From a virus: a stretch of DNA of 64,000 nucleotides. Below are positions 16,377-27,200 of this stretch, piece after piece; position 1 is the stretch's first letter, and each line of letters starts with the position of its first letter. A model generated the notes under the pieces. The model worked only from the letters and a program-made list of their open reading frames with translations. It had not been told where the DNA came from and searched no databases. The DNA lies in IMG/VR virus record IMGVR_UViG_3300034418_006779, positions 1 through 64,000 of that record, one strand, 5' to 3'. A program made the translations under genes and the position numbers.

Positions 16377-17912
16377 ATGACTAAAAGTAACGGACAATTA
16401 GCGGTTCAGTATTACCAAGGATTTGGTGGTAAGTCTTTCGACTCGAACCATTACGCTGACGCTTTCCGTGGTAGCGCTCCACATCACTTTGGTATGCAGG
16501 TATCTAAAATCTTTACCGCTATCAATAAATATGAGCACCGCGTACTTAACAACTTGACCTATGGTCGTGGAATGTACGAAGTGATTCAGGACGATGTGTA
16601 CAAGTGGACTATCGCAGGAGACTCTCTCGTAGAATTCAGAATTACAGAACTGCTCGAATCAGGTAACAATTATCCAGGTCGTGGACTCCAAGAGTTCCGT
16701 ATCGCCGTGGATAAAGGCTGGATGGGAAAACCAGTCATGATTCAGTTCGAGGATAACAGTATGCCTCGCGCTCAGATTATGGAAGATCCTATTAAAGTAG
16801 GAGATTCTTACTACTATACATTGAGACTTGAAACAGACGATCCAAACGTATGGCTCGATCCTGCTAACATTCAGGTTGGAAAAGTTGTTATCGACGCCGG
16901 TACAGCGATCCAGAACGAGATGAACCAAGACGCTGCTGGCGGATACTACGGTTCTCAGATGGATCTCCAGTGCCAGATTGGTGCGGTAGCTCGTGAGTTT
17001 TCCATCACAGACAAAGTTATCCGTAAGGAGCTTGCTGCTGTACGCGAGAAGCGTAACTTGAATTCTATTCCTCAGCATTCTCGTACTTCTGAAGGATATG
17101 CATTTGCTATCCGTCAAGGAGACAAGATTATTCCTCGTGGTGCATTCATCACTATGGCTGAGGCTCACCTACTTGAAGCGACTGACATGGATATTGAGGT
17201 ATCTATGAAGTTTGGTCGTAAGAGTAGATTCCAGGACCCTACTACAGGATACGTTCTGAAAACCGCTCCGGGTTGGAGACAGTTGGTTCTCGATGGCCAC
17301 GTATTTTACCAGAATGGTTCTTTGACTGCTCAGCAGCTTGAGGACTACTTGCATGGTATTTTCCTACATCGTGTTGGTGCCAAAGATCGTAAGATCAAGT
17401 TGGGCACTGGGGAAGGAGGACGCCGTATGTTCCACCAGATTCTTTCTGATGAGGCAAACAGCTTCATGACTCTCGATACCAATTACATTGGTAAAGCGTC
17501 ATCTCCTTGGAACAGTAATGCTTTGTCATACGGATTCCAGTTCACCAAATTTATCGCTACTAACGGTATTGAGGTTGAGTTGATCCACGATCCTATGGCA
17601 GACGACCATCACTGGTGTAAAACTAAGCACCCAGACGATCCTAAATTCACAGTTGATTCTTTCCGTTTCGATATCTACGATTTCGGTGAGACAATGAGCT
17701 TGGGAAGCAACATGAAAATGGTAATCGAAGAAGGTGTAGATCTCTACGCTTATGTTGCCAACGTTGTTGATCCTAAAACTGGCGCTGTGAATAACGGTAG
17801 TCGCGTGGCTAGCTTTGACAAAGGTGTAAGCATCCGTCGTGAGCGTTCTGGTTCACTTTGGATTTGTGATACATCTCGTTGTGGTTCTATCATCTACGAC
17901 CCAGAAGCATAA
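16377..17912 (+). CDS. major capsid protein (crAss type)
   Basis: 511 aa; YKWTIAG, TGEGGRRMFHQ, YGFQFTKF..NGIEVELIHDPM.D; codon usage suggests high expression; synteny. Confidence 0.88.
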   Translation: MTKSNGQLAVQYYQGFGGKSFDSNHYADAFRGSAPHHFGMQVSKIFTAINKYEHRVLNNLTYGRGMYEVIQDDVYKWTIAGDSLVEFRITELLESGNNYPGRGLQEFRIAVDKGWMGKPVMIQFEDNSMPRAQIMEDPIKVGDSYYYTLRLETDDPNVWLDPANIQVGKVVIDAGTAIQNEMNQDAAGGYYGSQMDLQCQIGAVAREFSITDKVIRKELAAVREKRNLNSIPQHSRTSEGYAFAIRQGDKIIPRGAFITMAEAHLLEATDMDIEVSMKFGRKSRFQDPTTGYVLKTAPGWRQLVLDGHVFYQNGSLTAQQLEDYLHGIFLHRVGAKDRKIKLGTGEGGRRMFHQILSDEANSFMTLDTNYIGKASSPWNSNALSYGFQFTKFIATNGIEVELIHDPMADDHHWCKTKHPDDPKFTVDSFRFDIYDFGETMSLGSNMKMVIEEGVDLYAYVANVVDPKTGAVNNGSRVASFDKGVSIRRERSGSLWICDTSRCGSIIYDPEA

Positions 17913-17927
17913 TCACAAAAATAAATA

Positions 17928-19016
17928 ATGACTTTAGATTACTTATCTAACATAGAAGAGAAACTAAAGAGCAGTACGACCGGGCCCAAAGGACCTGGTC
18001 GTGTTGCTATTATACGATCAGTTTTTCGCCCCTCCGCTCAAGGAAGACATAAAAGGACATTACATAACGGGCAGTTAGCTGAACAGAATCGCGCTATTGG
18101 TGCGGCAGTTCATTTTAGTCCTTCTCTTTCAATCAGCAGGAGACAACTTAATACAGGTTTTTGGGAGACCATTGAAAATCCCTATAAAACAGCGTCTTAC
18201 GAACAATCAGAACTTCCTACTATTTGGAAGGAACGCGAGATCTGGAAGAGAGAAAAGATCACCATTCAAGAATATCTTGAGATTAAATATGGTAAAGATC
18301 CTGGTTTCTTCACTTCACAACCAGCAGACCTATGGGGTCAGCGTAAATCTACAAAGCCCACATACCTTCAATCCTTTCGTTATCCACTACCGGATGGCGC
18401 AACCGTCCTTAACTTGGACAATGAGAAGGATGAAATTATGTATTTGCTAGCATTGAAGTCTTCCAAAATTGCTAACTCCTCTGCAGAAGTTAATCCGCTA
18501 AAGCATACTCACTACGTTTCTAAAGTAAATGAAGGAGAGTTAGCTAAAGCTAAAAAGACTGAAATGTACGAAGACGCTATCTATCGTCTACACAAAATTA
18601 AGAATGAGTATGATTCTGAAACAGTTAAACGTTTTGCAATCAATCTTAACTTGGTTAAAGACGATGACGTAGCTCCTCGCTCTCTTAAGAATAAGTTGAG
18701 TGACTACTTGAATGACAAACAGTACAAAGAGGAAAACATTAAAACGTTCTTCGATTTGTATGAAATGTTTGAAGGCAATGAGAATGAGAAATATAGATTC
18801 GAAACTATGTATCTCGTTAAAACATTAGCTAATAAACGTATTATCACGGTAACAAAAGGAAGCTACACTTGGGGTAACGCTCCAGATCAATCTGTACAAA
18901 AGCTGGGCATTTCTGAAGCATCTGTTATAGAGTTCCTCATGGATCCTGATGCTCTAGAATGGAGAGAAAAACTCTGCGAAGAACTAAAGTCAAAAACTGG
19001 AATAGTTTTAAATTAA
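17928..19016 (+). CDS. conserved crAss-like protein downstream of MCP
   Basis: DGATVLNLDNEKDEIMY...SSKIANS motif; synteny. Confidence 0.65.
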   Translation: MTLDYLSNIEEKLKSSTTGPKGPGRVAIIRSVFRPSAQGRHKRTLHNGQLAEQNRAIGAAVHFSPSLSISRRQLNTGFWETIENPYKTASYEQSELPTIWKEREIWKREKITIQEYLEIKYGKDPGFFTSQPADLWGQRKSTKPTYLQSFRYPLPDGATVLNLDNEKDEIMYLLALKSSKIANSSAEVNPLKHTHYVSKVNEGELAKAKKTEMYEDAIYRLHKIKNEYDSETVKRFAINLNLVKDDDVAPRSLKNKLSDYLNDKQYKEENIKTFFDLYEMFEGNENEKYRFETMYLVKTLANKRIITVTKGSYTWGNAPDQSVQKLGISEASVIEFLMDPDALEWREKLCEELKSKTGIVLN

Positions 19017-19017
19017 A

Positions 19018-19752
19018 ATGCAAATAGAGTTATTACATTGGACATTCAAACGAAAGCTAGATAAAATAGCTTCGGGAGAATATCGAGACTTCAATCAAGC
19101 TGAAATTGACTCATTTCTTAATGAGGCAATAAACATCTTCGTTGAAACCAGATTTACTGGTAACAATGTCAAAGGAACCTCAGTGGAGCAAGATCAGCAG
19201 AGAATTGATGAACTCTCTACCCTAGTGGTAAAGTCTCCATTAACTCAGCCGATGTTAACTCCTTATAGTTCCAATACAGATTTTGGAATTTACGAATTTA
19301 GATTAGGTGATCTTGCATTTGATTACCGCCATTATTTAGGTTCAAAAGTAAAAGTAAAAGACTGTGATACTCTCTTTGAAACAAAGATAGTGTCTCATAA
19401 TCAAATAGCTAGATTTCTTCAGAATAGTACTTGGTCTCCTTCATCTAAATGGATGAGGACATTACTTACTTTTGGCGAATCTACAACAAGTGATGGATCT
19501 TCGATCTTTGTTTATACAGATAAAGTATTTGAAATCGAAGGTTTATATCTGGATTATCTTCGTAATCCTGCAGAAGTCGCGGTATCCACGTACAATGATA
19601 TTGACGGAAACCCCAAGACCAAAACAGAATGTGATCTTCCAGATGAGTATCACGAACAAATTGTTGATATCGCTGTGAAATTAGCAGCTGGTGTCATCGA
19701 GAATACTATAGGCTATCAATTAGCCGAAAATCAAATTAAAACAAATAATTAG
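19018..19752 (+). CDS. tail ring/connector protein
   Basis: EIDSFLNEA...EQDQQRIDELSTLV...YLRNP...CDLPDEYHEQIVDIAV. Confidence 0.7.
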   Translation: MQIELLHWTFKRKLDKIASGEYRDFNQAEIDSFLNEAINIFVETRFTGNNVKGTSVEQDQQRIDELSTLVVKSPLTQPMLTPYSSNTDFGIYEFRLGDLAFDYRHYLGSKVKVKDCDTLFETKIVSHNQIARFLQNSTWSPSSKWMRTLLTFGESTTSDGSSIFVYTDKVFEIEGLYLDYLRNPAEVAVSTYNDIDGNPKTKTECDLPDEYHEQIVDIAVKLAAGVIENTIGYQLAENQIKTNN

Positions 19753-19754
19753 CA

Positions 19755-21194
19755 ATGGCTTTAATGAATAACACATTCAGCATGCAGCCTCGTCCAGAGA
19801 ATATTCTGGTCGCTAGCGCCGACTCTGCACTTGCTTCTGGTACATTGGTTAACTCTGCTACAGGTGTAGTTAACTTGGCCGACGGACAAATCGGTTTGGT
19901 ATCTGCTAAGCACGGACAAGGAGTCGCTTATAATACTTTTCTAACAGCTGGACAGACTGTGTCTGATGCGCGTTTCGTACGCTTGGTACAAGGAACTCCT
20001 GGTTCTGCAGACCTTCGTACTAACAAAGGCAACCCAGCTAATGATCTACCTTACGTTCAATCTCAATTGATTGATGGTAAGTCTCCTGTAGTAGTTACAG
20101 GTAAGGTAGCTACCGTTCCTTCTTATTCAGCTTGGATGATTGGTGACGTAGCTGCTAACAACGGTTCTATCAGCACTGCTGATAGTACTGAATATTTGAT
20201 GCACATCGCATTTACAGGCGTAAGAAACGATCGTGAGTTTTCCGTATCTGGAATTGAAACTCTCCCTGTTTCTTATACTACTCCTAATTATACAGCACTC
20301 GGCCTTACATCTGGCCAAGCTCTTGATCAGCTGATCAAAAATGTTGCTTATCAAACAAACGTAAACTCTCGCATGTTGGGTGCAACTCAAGCTGCTGGAG
20401 ATCGTGGTAATCGTAACATCCTCGCTTTGGCTATCAATGTTGGTGGTGGTGCCGGTGTTACAGGTACTCCTGTAACTACTGCTGGTCAGCAGTCTGTAAC
20501 TGTAGAGGACATCTCTACTGGTGCAGTGAGCAGCATCGCTGTATACTATGACGGTACTAACACTTACAGTGTTGACGTAGATGCTACAATGCAGCAGACC
20601 TTTGTAAACCTTATCGCTAACAGTACTCCACTGATAAATGCTTCAACAGTAGAGGTTATCAACCTCGCTACTGCCGGTGCTGCAGCTAATGCAGACGCGT
20701 TTATCCTGATTGGTACTGATGCTGAAACAGCTAGCGTAGTAGATACAGAGGAGCGTGTTAAAACTCGCATCCATGTTGGATTGGAGTACAACTTCAACTC
20801 TCTCAATCCTAATAAAGAAGAAGCTTCTGTAGCTTATGAAGGTGCTGGACAAGGCCGTAAATGGTTGCTCCGCTCTGACCGCTACAATCAGTTGAATCAG
20901 TACACTCAGCAAAACCAGCCGAGAATGGAGTACTTCATTGATCCTCCTAAGTACGTCGATGCAACTAAGAACTATAACGTATTCATTATTGAGAACGTTC
21001 GTGAGAATAACGTAAATTACTCTCACACAGCTTACAACCCTAGCAGAACTATCCTGTTGGTAGAAAACACTGGCACTCTTGGTACAGGCCTTTCTAACGT
21101 TGTAACTTCTTTGAACGCGATTGTAGATCCATGGTTGGATTCTGCAGAAACAGAATTTGTATTGAAAGCAGGTGGTGCGAACATCTTCGCATAA
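19755..21194 (+). CDS. abundant structural protein (auxiliary capsid/decoration-like)
   Basis: Ala/Thr/Gly-rich, codon usage like MCP, followed by a terminator; YEGAGQG and YVDATKNYNVFII. Confidence 0.6.
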   Translation: MALMNNTFSMQPRPENILVASADSALASGTLVNSATGVVNLADGQIGLVSAKHGQGVAYNTFLTAGQTVSDARFVRLVQGTPGSADLRTNKGNPANDLPYVQSQLIDGKSPVVVTGKVATVPSYSAWMIGDVAANNGSISTADSTEYLMHIAFTGVRNDREFSVSGIETLPVSYTTPNYTALGLTSGQALDQLIKNVAYQTNVNSRMLGATQAAGDRGNRNILALAINVGGGAGVTGTPVTTAGQQSVTVEDISTGAVSSIAVYYDGTNTYSVDVDATMQQTFVNLIANSTPLINASTVEVINLATAGAAANADAFILIGTDAETASVVDTEERVKTRIHVGLEYNFNSLNPNKEEASVAYEGAGQGRKWLLRSDRYNQLNQYTQQNQPRMEYFIDPPKYVDATKNYNVFIIENVRENNVNYSHTAYNPSRTILLVENTGTLGTGLSNVVTSLNAIVDPWLDSAETEFVLKAGGANIFA

Positions 21195-21218
21195 TCACAC
21201 ATAATACTCAATATTATA

Positions 21219-21253
21219 GGGGTCTGAGGTCGGTTTCCTCCGGCCCCTTTTTT
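21219..21253 (+). terminator. intrinsic terminator
   Basis: GGGGTCTGAGG-7nt-CCTCCGGCCCC followed by TTTTTT. Confidence 0.8.
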
Positions 21254-21266
21254 AATTATAAAAGAA

Positions 21267-22229
21267 ATGATTAAGACACCAAAAGCTAGAAACTTTGTAA
21301 GACGATGGGTTGACTCTACTATTTTCGTAGATGGTACGACCACAACTTCTCACAGAGTTACTAACCGCACTGCGAATAATGTCAGTCTTTACGAATTCAT
21401 TCTTGCATATCTTTCAAGAGAAAGCATGTGTGATAACTACACTGGGTCAATTATTAGTGATTCAGAAGTTTATATTCCTGCGTCCGCATTTCTAACTTCT
21501 GCTACAAGTAGTAGAACTAACAACAGAAATATTGATTTATACGCGGCTATAAACACTGTAGTAGCAGATGGAGACATATGCGACTTACCATTTTCAATAA
21601 ACGCAGACACTTATACAGTGGACTTTCTTAAAACTCTTTATTTAGATTTGAGATTAGATTCTACTGAAATAAGTAAGCCGTTCTTGGCAAGACCTCAAAA
21701 CATTCGTAGAAAGAATCCTAATGATGCTATTTCAATGAAGACTCTGATTGACAATTACGCCAAAGATATACTTGGAATAGACTCTCTTCCTACAGCCACG
21801 ATCACCCTTGATTACCTTGACCCAAATCAAGTAACAGTTACAATGACAGGCCTTAAATCTGATGGAGTTACTCCTATGGGAGCTGGGGATAAGTTTTATA
21901 TGTGGGCAACATTTAATGGATTTACTTATGCATTCAATAGTGGAAATGCAATAGAGTGGGGCGATGCTTTTACAATATCAGGACCATACCCAAGCGACTG
22001 GCAAATATTAGGTAATTTTTTAGCGGCATCGTCTATTGAAGACATTGGCGGAGGAAATGTAGGATTAGCAGACGCTTTTCAATTTTCAAAAAACGTCGGT
22101 GGATACGCAGAATATATTCATCCTATTACATTTACATATCGTGTATATGAAGATTTTGGATTACCGACTGAAAAATTTTCATACAGAATTTCCGATACTG
22201 TTCCAGTATTAGCAGGAGGAACCCGATAA
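21267..22229 (+). CDS. putative virion (head/tail fibre-associated) protein
   Basis: Position in the structural module; loosely repeated N-terminal units. Confidence 0.5.
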   Translation: MIKTPKARNFVRRWVDSTIFVDGTTTTSHRVTNRTANNVSLYEFILAYLSRESMCDNYTGSIISDSEVYIPASAFLTSATSSRTNNRNIDLYAAINTVVADGDICDLPFSINADTYTVDFLKTLYLDLRLDSTEISKPFLARPQNIRRKNPNDAISMKTLIDNYAKDILGIDSLPTATITLDYLDPNQVTVTMTGLKSDGVTPMGAGDKFYMWATFNGFTYAFNSGNAIEWGDAFTISGPYPSDWQILGNFLAASSIEDIGGGNVGLADAFQFSKNVGGYAEYIHPITFTYRVYEDFGLPTEKFSYRISDTVPVLAGGTR

Positions 22230-22240
22230 TATCAATTACT

Positions 22241-23206
22241 ATGTTACAATATTATGACTTTACGATTAGTAAATCGACAACTTGTGATCTTACCATTTGT
22301 GACTTGATTGATACCCAATCGGCACCTTCTGGCTCAAACGAGATCACATACGATTTAACTCCACCAGCTTCTCAAGCTGCAGAGTTTACAGAGATAACTT
22401 CTATAGAAGTATCAAAATTTAATGCTTGCGACGATTCATTCACTGAGATTGATTTTACTATTCTTCCTTTGAATGAAGAAGTAGGTACTATGACTTATAA
22501 TGTAAGTATTGGTACAGGATCAGGGGGATCGGATGAGGAACAACTAATATGGGCTAACGCTGGTATATCAGCTGATCTAGATAATATAACTAGCTATCAG
22601 TTAACAGTAACTAGGGGGTCTACAGTTCTATACGATATAGATTTCGATACTCCATCTACTACACATACTCACACTTTTCAAGAAGTCATCGGCCAGAACC
22701 CTTCTGTTTTTCAGGAGGATGATGAAGTTCGTTGGGTCATTACATATAGTAATGGTGTAACAACTACTGGTAAATGGGATTTTGGCTCAGTTGGAGCAGG
22801 AGATGTCGGTGACCCGTCAGATCCAGTCTATGATACTATGACTGTAGATAGCTCTAATGTGTATACATTGGACGCATCCGATTGTTTAGAGCTCATCACT
22901 GATCTTGATTCATTTGGAGATTGGGATGGGATATGGTCAGTTAGACTAAAAGTAAATTATACTGACGCTAGCGGTAATGCCAGACATATAATCACTACTC
23001 GATGTGCATTCGTTGATTGCGATAATGAGTGTGATGCAGTAAAGGAGATAGCAGAGCTACTCTCTACCGATCCAGACAAAGCTACAGAGCTTGCTTTTAC
23101 TAAGCAAATGCTAGAATGGGCAATGGATTGTCATCAGTGTTGCGCAGCATGTGACGCACTGTATTTATATAATAATAGAATCAAAGGTAATTGTAAGAGT
23201 TGTTAA
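22241..23206 (+). CDS. tail hub-like structural protein with Cys-rich C-terminus
   Basis: DGIWSVRL...CAFVDCDNEC...CHQCCAAC...CKSC. Confidence 0.55.
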   Translation: MLQYYDFTISKSTTCDLTICDLIDTQSAPSGSNEITYDLTPPASQAAEFTEITSIEVSKFNACDDSFTEIDFTILPLNEEVGTMTYNVSIGTGSGGSDEEQLIWANAGISADLDNITSYQLTVTRGSTVLYDIDFDTPSTTHTHTFQEVIGQNPSVFQEDDEVRWVITYSNGVTTTGKWDFGSVGAGDVGDPSDPVYDTMTVDSSNVYTLDASDCLELITDLDSFGDWDGIWSVRLKVNYTDASGNARHIITTRCAFVDCDNECDAVKEIAELLSTDPDKATELAFTKQMLEWAMDCHQCCAACDALYLYNNRIKGNCKSC

Positions 23207-23388
23207 TCATGCTTTACACACTAAAATGTGAATTTGTTGATCGTATGCAAAAGTATGTGAATTACTTTGTATATGGTACAACTAAATGTTCATTGCCTAC
23301 AGAATTGTACGCAATGATTAAACTATTAGAGTGGGAGGATGATTGCACCGATGTTGACATACCCTGCAATTACGAAAAATATTTATAA
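23200..23388 (+). CDS. small Cys-containing tail hub partner
   Basis: Coupled to neighbours. Confidence 0.5.
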   Translation: MLIMLYTLKCEFVDRMQKYVNYFVYGTTKCSLPTELYAMIKLLEWEDDCTDVDIPCNYEKYL

Positions 23389-23390
23389 TT

Positions 23391-23945
23391 ATGTGTAATG
23401 ATTGTATTACTAGAGATGAGGTAAAGAGCCTCATGTCTTCGTATGGGACTCCAGTAGGAGCTCAGCTCTTTGTTGGGGCAGCGGAGTTACAATATTTTGA
23501 TTCAACAGGAAAGGGTTTAGCTAATTCAGCATGGAGATGTTGGGCTATTCAAAACGGTAGTAACGGAACAGAGGATGCCAGAGGTAAATTCTTCGTAGGA
23601 TATAGCTCCGGGGATTCTGATTTCGGTACAGCAGATGGTACAGGAGGGTCTAAAACATTTACTCTTGATGCTGCTAACCTACCGGATCACCAGCACCACA
23701 TTTTCGATACATCTGCTAACGGAACAGATACAGCAGATTTAACTACTTCGTTAGACGATCATAACAGCGGAACTTCAGCTGCCTATATTCAAGTAGGTAA
23801 TGATCAGACTAGCGGTGCTCCAACTGCATACCCAGGTGCTAAAACAGGTTACCCTGTGGAAACCAATGGGACAGCTAAATCACACATTCCTCCCTTTATG
23901 GTACGTATTCCAGTTGAGAAGATCTGTGCCGACTATACACTTTAA
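23391..23945 (+). CDS. tail collar/short fibre protein
   Basis: PVG...W...NG.NGT.D.RGKFFVG...GTGGSKTFTL...NLP.H.H...HIPPF collar motif. Confidence 0.75.
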   Translation: MCNDCITRDEVKSLMSSYGTPVGAQLFVGAAELQYFDSTGKGLANSAWRCWAIQNGSNGTEDARGKFFVGYSSGDSDFGTADGTGGSKTFTLDAANLPDHQHHIFDTSANGTDTADLTTSLDDHNSGTSAAYIQVGNDQTSGAPTAYPGAKTGYPVETNGTAKSHIPPFMVRIPVEKICADYTL

Positions 23946-23966
23946 GAACTACAAAATAAACTAATC

Positions 23967-24191
23967 ATGAAATACCAATTTAATTTAACACCTGCTCAAC
24001 TCAAGTTGATTGTTGATGCGCTTCAAGCAAAATCAAATGAGTTCAACGGATTTGCACAACTAATGGTTCAAGCTGCTCAAGCTCAAGAGGCTGCTCTTAA
24101 TGCAGCACCAAAAACCATTGAAGAAGTTGTAGAAACTGATGAAGAGATTACAGAAGTTGAGGAGCAGGAAACAAAAAACGAAACTGAATAA
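23967..24191 (+). CDS. small protein, possibly a fibre assembly chaperone
   Basis: 74 aa helical protein with acidic tail, directly before the fibre gene. Confidence 0.5.
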   Translation: MKYQFNLTPAQLKLIVDALQAKSNEFNGFAQLMVQAAQAQEAALNAAPKTIEEVVETDEEITEVEEQETKNETE

Positions 24192-24202
24192 TCTCATATA
24201 AA

Positions 24203-27200
24203 ATGAGCCATCCTTTTTATTTTTTAGATGAAAGCAGCATTTTTAAACGCAGAAATGCGTTGGATGCTGATGGTAATATTAATATTACCGAACATATTAT
24301 TGATCTGATTGATCAATATGCTCCTACGGGTGGCGGAGGAGGCGGTGATACTTCAATTATGACCGTCAACCTTAATGGTACAGTAACGCATGATGATGGT
24401 ACTGGAAATTTAACTGTATTCCAATCTGGTTGGACTACGGTTACTGATAATCTAGATGGAACGGCAACCTTTGAGTACCCTAACGGTACTCAGGTTGACC
24501 TGACTCTAGACCAAGTATTAAGTGTTAATAGTCAGACAGGTAATGTAACATTGACTACAGATAATATATCCGAAGGGGTAAGTAATCTGTATTTCACTGA
24601 TTTACGAGTATCTAGTAACGCCGATGTCGGCGCTAACACTACTGCTAGGCATACCCACAGTAATAAAGCTATATTAGACTCAATTACTTCTGTGGGATCG
24701 GGAGATATTATAACATCTCTCGAAAGATCCAAACTTTCAGGCATTGAATACAATGCTAAAAACAACACCGTATCAAATCTTGGCAGCGGGGCAGGACTTT
24801 ATAAACAACAGACTGGTTCAGACTTTGAGTTTAAAACTCTTACGGGTAGTGGGCTAATCAGCATTGTTAGTGGGTCTAATACCGTTGACGTTACTACATC
24901 TGCCGAAGCAAACACTGCTTCTAATATAGGTGCAGGAATTGGAATTTTTAAACAGAAGTCAGGAGTAGATTTAGAACTTCGTTCCTTGAATGGAGCAGAC
25001 TCTAAAATCACAGTGGCTCTTGATGGAACGGATAACATTGATATTGGTTTTGGTACAGTAAACCTAAATGATATAGCAGATATCGACGACTCTGCTAAAG
25101 CAAATGATTACGTACTTACATATAATAGTACATCTGGTGACTGGGAAGCAAAGGCTAACCCCGGCGCTACTGTAACAGCATCTTATGGTACTATTACAGA
25201 TGGTACTAATCCAACAACTGCTGTTGGAACAGACACGTTCAAACTGATGTCTAGCGACTCCACAGTAACTATTGTTACTGAAAATGATAATGGAGCACAT
25301 GGAGATCATGCTAACTTTACTGTCAATCAAGCAAATATTAACTCAGCCTCTATCAATAACGACGCTGGGTTTATTAGTGGTGTGGCTTGGGGTGATATTA
25401 CTGGGACTTTGTCTAGTCAAACTGATTTACAAAGTGCGCTGAATGGAAAGTCCGACACTTCTCACACGCACGCTTCTTCAGTTATCACTTATGATAACGG
25501 GGTCAGCGGTCTTACTGCTACTAATGTTAAGGCTGCGATAGATGAGCTAGCGGTCGATTTTCATACTCATGCTAATAAAGCTGTTCTAGACGGTATCTCT
25601 TCTGGGGATATTACAAACTGGGACACAGCATTTGGATGGGGAGATCACTCAGCTCAAGGTTATCTAACAGCCATGGCTGTATATAATAGCGATTCTTTAG
25701 TTAGTACAAGAACTAAGCTTAACTTCTATAATGGAACAGCCACTACCGCCGTCGTTACAGATGACGGAGGAACAGGAAGTGCTGATATAACATTCAACGT
25801 TGTTCCGGGATCAATTAATACCGGAGACTTGAACAATAATGCTAACTTTGTAACTCAAACTGAGTTTGATAACAACTTAGCAGGAACAAATAACACAACT
25901 TCTTTCACGCCTACGCTTGCCCATCACCCTGCTACTAAAGCATGGGTTGAATCTCAGATTACGGCTAGTACAGGAATTGACAATATCTCCGAAGCTGATG
26001 ATACTGATATTACTACACCATCCACAGGGCAAATACTCATTTATGATGGTACGGACTCTTGGGATAATGTATCAATGTCTGGTGGAGCTACTATTAACTC
26101 CTCAGGAGTTGTTACTCTTACTAACAGTTCTGTTACAGGACAACAACTTACTGGACTAAATGTGGCTTCTGGTGGTTCCATCACAGGAACAGATACTATC
26201 AAACAAGCTTTTGGTAAACTTTCTCATGATCAAAGCGACTTAATTACTCTTAGTGGAGTATCGAGAGGAGCTACAGACTTAGCTACTTTTACAGGAACAA
26301 CAATTCCTGATAATAGAACTATAAAAGAAGCTATACAAGATTTAGAAACGGCTGTAGAATCCGCCGCTGGCGGAGGGATTACTGCTGCATATTCATTTAT
26401 GACAGACGGTGCAACTACATCTACAGCAGCAGGAAATGATACTTTTGAGTTTAGATCAGCTAACAACGCTATCACAGTAGCGGTTACTAATGATGATGCA
26501 ACATATAATGATAACTTATTACTCACATTCAATGTAGGTAATGTAGATCATGACTCACTATCTGGCTTTGTAGGTAACGAACACATCAATCACGGAAGTG
26601 TTAGTATCACTGCTGGTACTGGACTTGACGGAGGAGGAGATATTACAACATCAAGAACTCTTAACATTTCAACAACTGGAGTGTCTGCTAATTCTTATGG
26701 AGCAGCAGGAACAGTTCCTACGTTTACAGTTAATGCGCAAGGTCAGTTGACCACTGCGTCTGATGTTGCTATCTCAATTACTGAATCACAGATTAGCGAT
26801 CTCCAGTCTTATGCTTTAGCATCACATACTCATTCAGGATTTAATAGAGCAACTTCTGCTTTAACCGGGGCAGATGTATTTGATGATTTTATTGTAACTA
26901 ATGGAATTACTACTGGTATTTCTACTAGAACAATGACATTAGCTGATCTTGGTTATACAGGAGATACTAATGCAAACGAATATACTCACCCAACAGGTGA
27001 CGGTAACTTACATGTTCCAGCAAATAGTACAACCAATGCCGGCAAGGTTCTTACTGCTAGTAGTACTGCCGGAGTATATACATGGGAAACTCCTACATCT
27101 GGGGTAACTGACCATACATTACTAAGTAACATTGGTACAAACACACATGCTCAGATTGATAGTCATATTGCAGATTCAACAATTCACTTTACGCAAGCTG

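Noticed and set aside
10306-17912. Introns or inteins in terL, portal or capsid genes
   Set aside because: The ORFs are continuous and of expected size; no intein termini or homing-endonuclease motifs were noticed.
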